A stretch of DNA of 64,000 nt from positions 876 through 64,875 of the forward strand of contig CAZNZN010000001.1 in NCBI GenBank assembly GCA_964577515.1, written 5' to 3'. Position numbers and translations under genes: made by a program. The notes under the pieces are model-generated. The model was not told where the DNA came from. It ran no database searches and worked only from the letters and a program-made list of their open reading frames with translations. The DNA comes from an uncultured Candidatus Saccharibacteria bacterium. GTDB lineage: Bacteria > Patescibacteriota > Minisyncoccia > Phycocordibacterales > UBA9973. Shown piece by piece: positions 63,893 through 64,000 of this stretch; within the stretch, counting starts at the first letter, position 1, and each line of letters begins with the position of its first letter.

Positions 63893-64000
63893 TTTGTGCG
63901 CTATACTTAGCAAGGTACTTATATTTTTTATACACAAACAGTCAGTACCGCTGTTACTAATCATTTTTTATACTATGGCAATTATTAAACAGAAAGAACA

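Noticed and set aside
1-64000. CRISPR arrays, rRNA genes, IS elements, prophage
   Set aside because: No short direct-repeat/spacer arrays, no rRNA-like stretches, no transposase-like ORFs and no phage structural genes were seen anywhere in the window.

Overview
This window is a small-genome bacterial chromosome segment, about 43-45% GC by eye, with features that are characteristic of Candidate Phyla Radiation (CPR)/Patescibacteria-like organisms. That taxonomic reading is an inference from gene content, not a search result.

Most of the first 22 kb (minus strand) is a near-complete str-S10-spc ribosomal-protein superoperon. The gene order is rpsL-rpsG-fusA-[SDR]-[hyp]-tuf-rpsJ-rplC-rplD-rplW-rplB-[dgkA]-rpsS-rplV-rpsC-rplP-rpmC-rpsQ-rplN-rplX-rplE-[TM protein]-rpsN-rpsH-rplF-rplR-rpsE-rplO-secY-adk-map, followed by infC-rpmI-rplT on the plus strand. 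L30 (rpmD) is absent between rpsE and rplO. Several non-ribosomal genes are inserted, and there are internal hairpin terminators with sigma70-like promoters.

The middle of the window carries a DNA-uptake/processing neighbourhood:
- ComEC split into a membrane-domain gene and a metallo-beta-lactamase (MBL)-domain gene, with a superoxide dismutase gene between them on the opposite strand.
- RNase HI with a C-terminal hybrid-binding domain (HBD), an XRE-family regulator, and recJ.
- A HIT protein whose start shares a 38-bp perfect palindrome with the recJ start.

Next comes a 13-kb same-strand type IV pilus operon (pilB-pilC-three pilin-like genes-tpiA-pgk), preceded by three large secreted/surface proteins.

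The rest contains:
- nusA, ppa, tig (lacking the PPIase domain), an LpxC-like gene, clpP and rny.
- An orphan ~900-aa TraG/VirD4-like coupling-protein ATPase.
- hup and a membrane fatty-acid desaturase.
- A tRNA cluster (three tRNA-Gly isoacceptors, Pro, Arg; none encodes CCA) beside the CCA-adding enzyme, a YraN nuclease and an HTH/LAGLIDADG-like gene.
- xth, xerC-like recombinase and rpsO.

Shine-Dalgarno motifs are mostly absent, and non-ATG starts are used. No CRISPR array, rRNA, IS element or prophage was seen.
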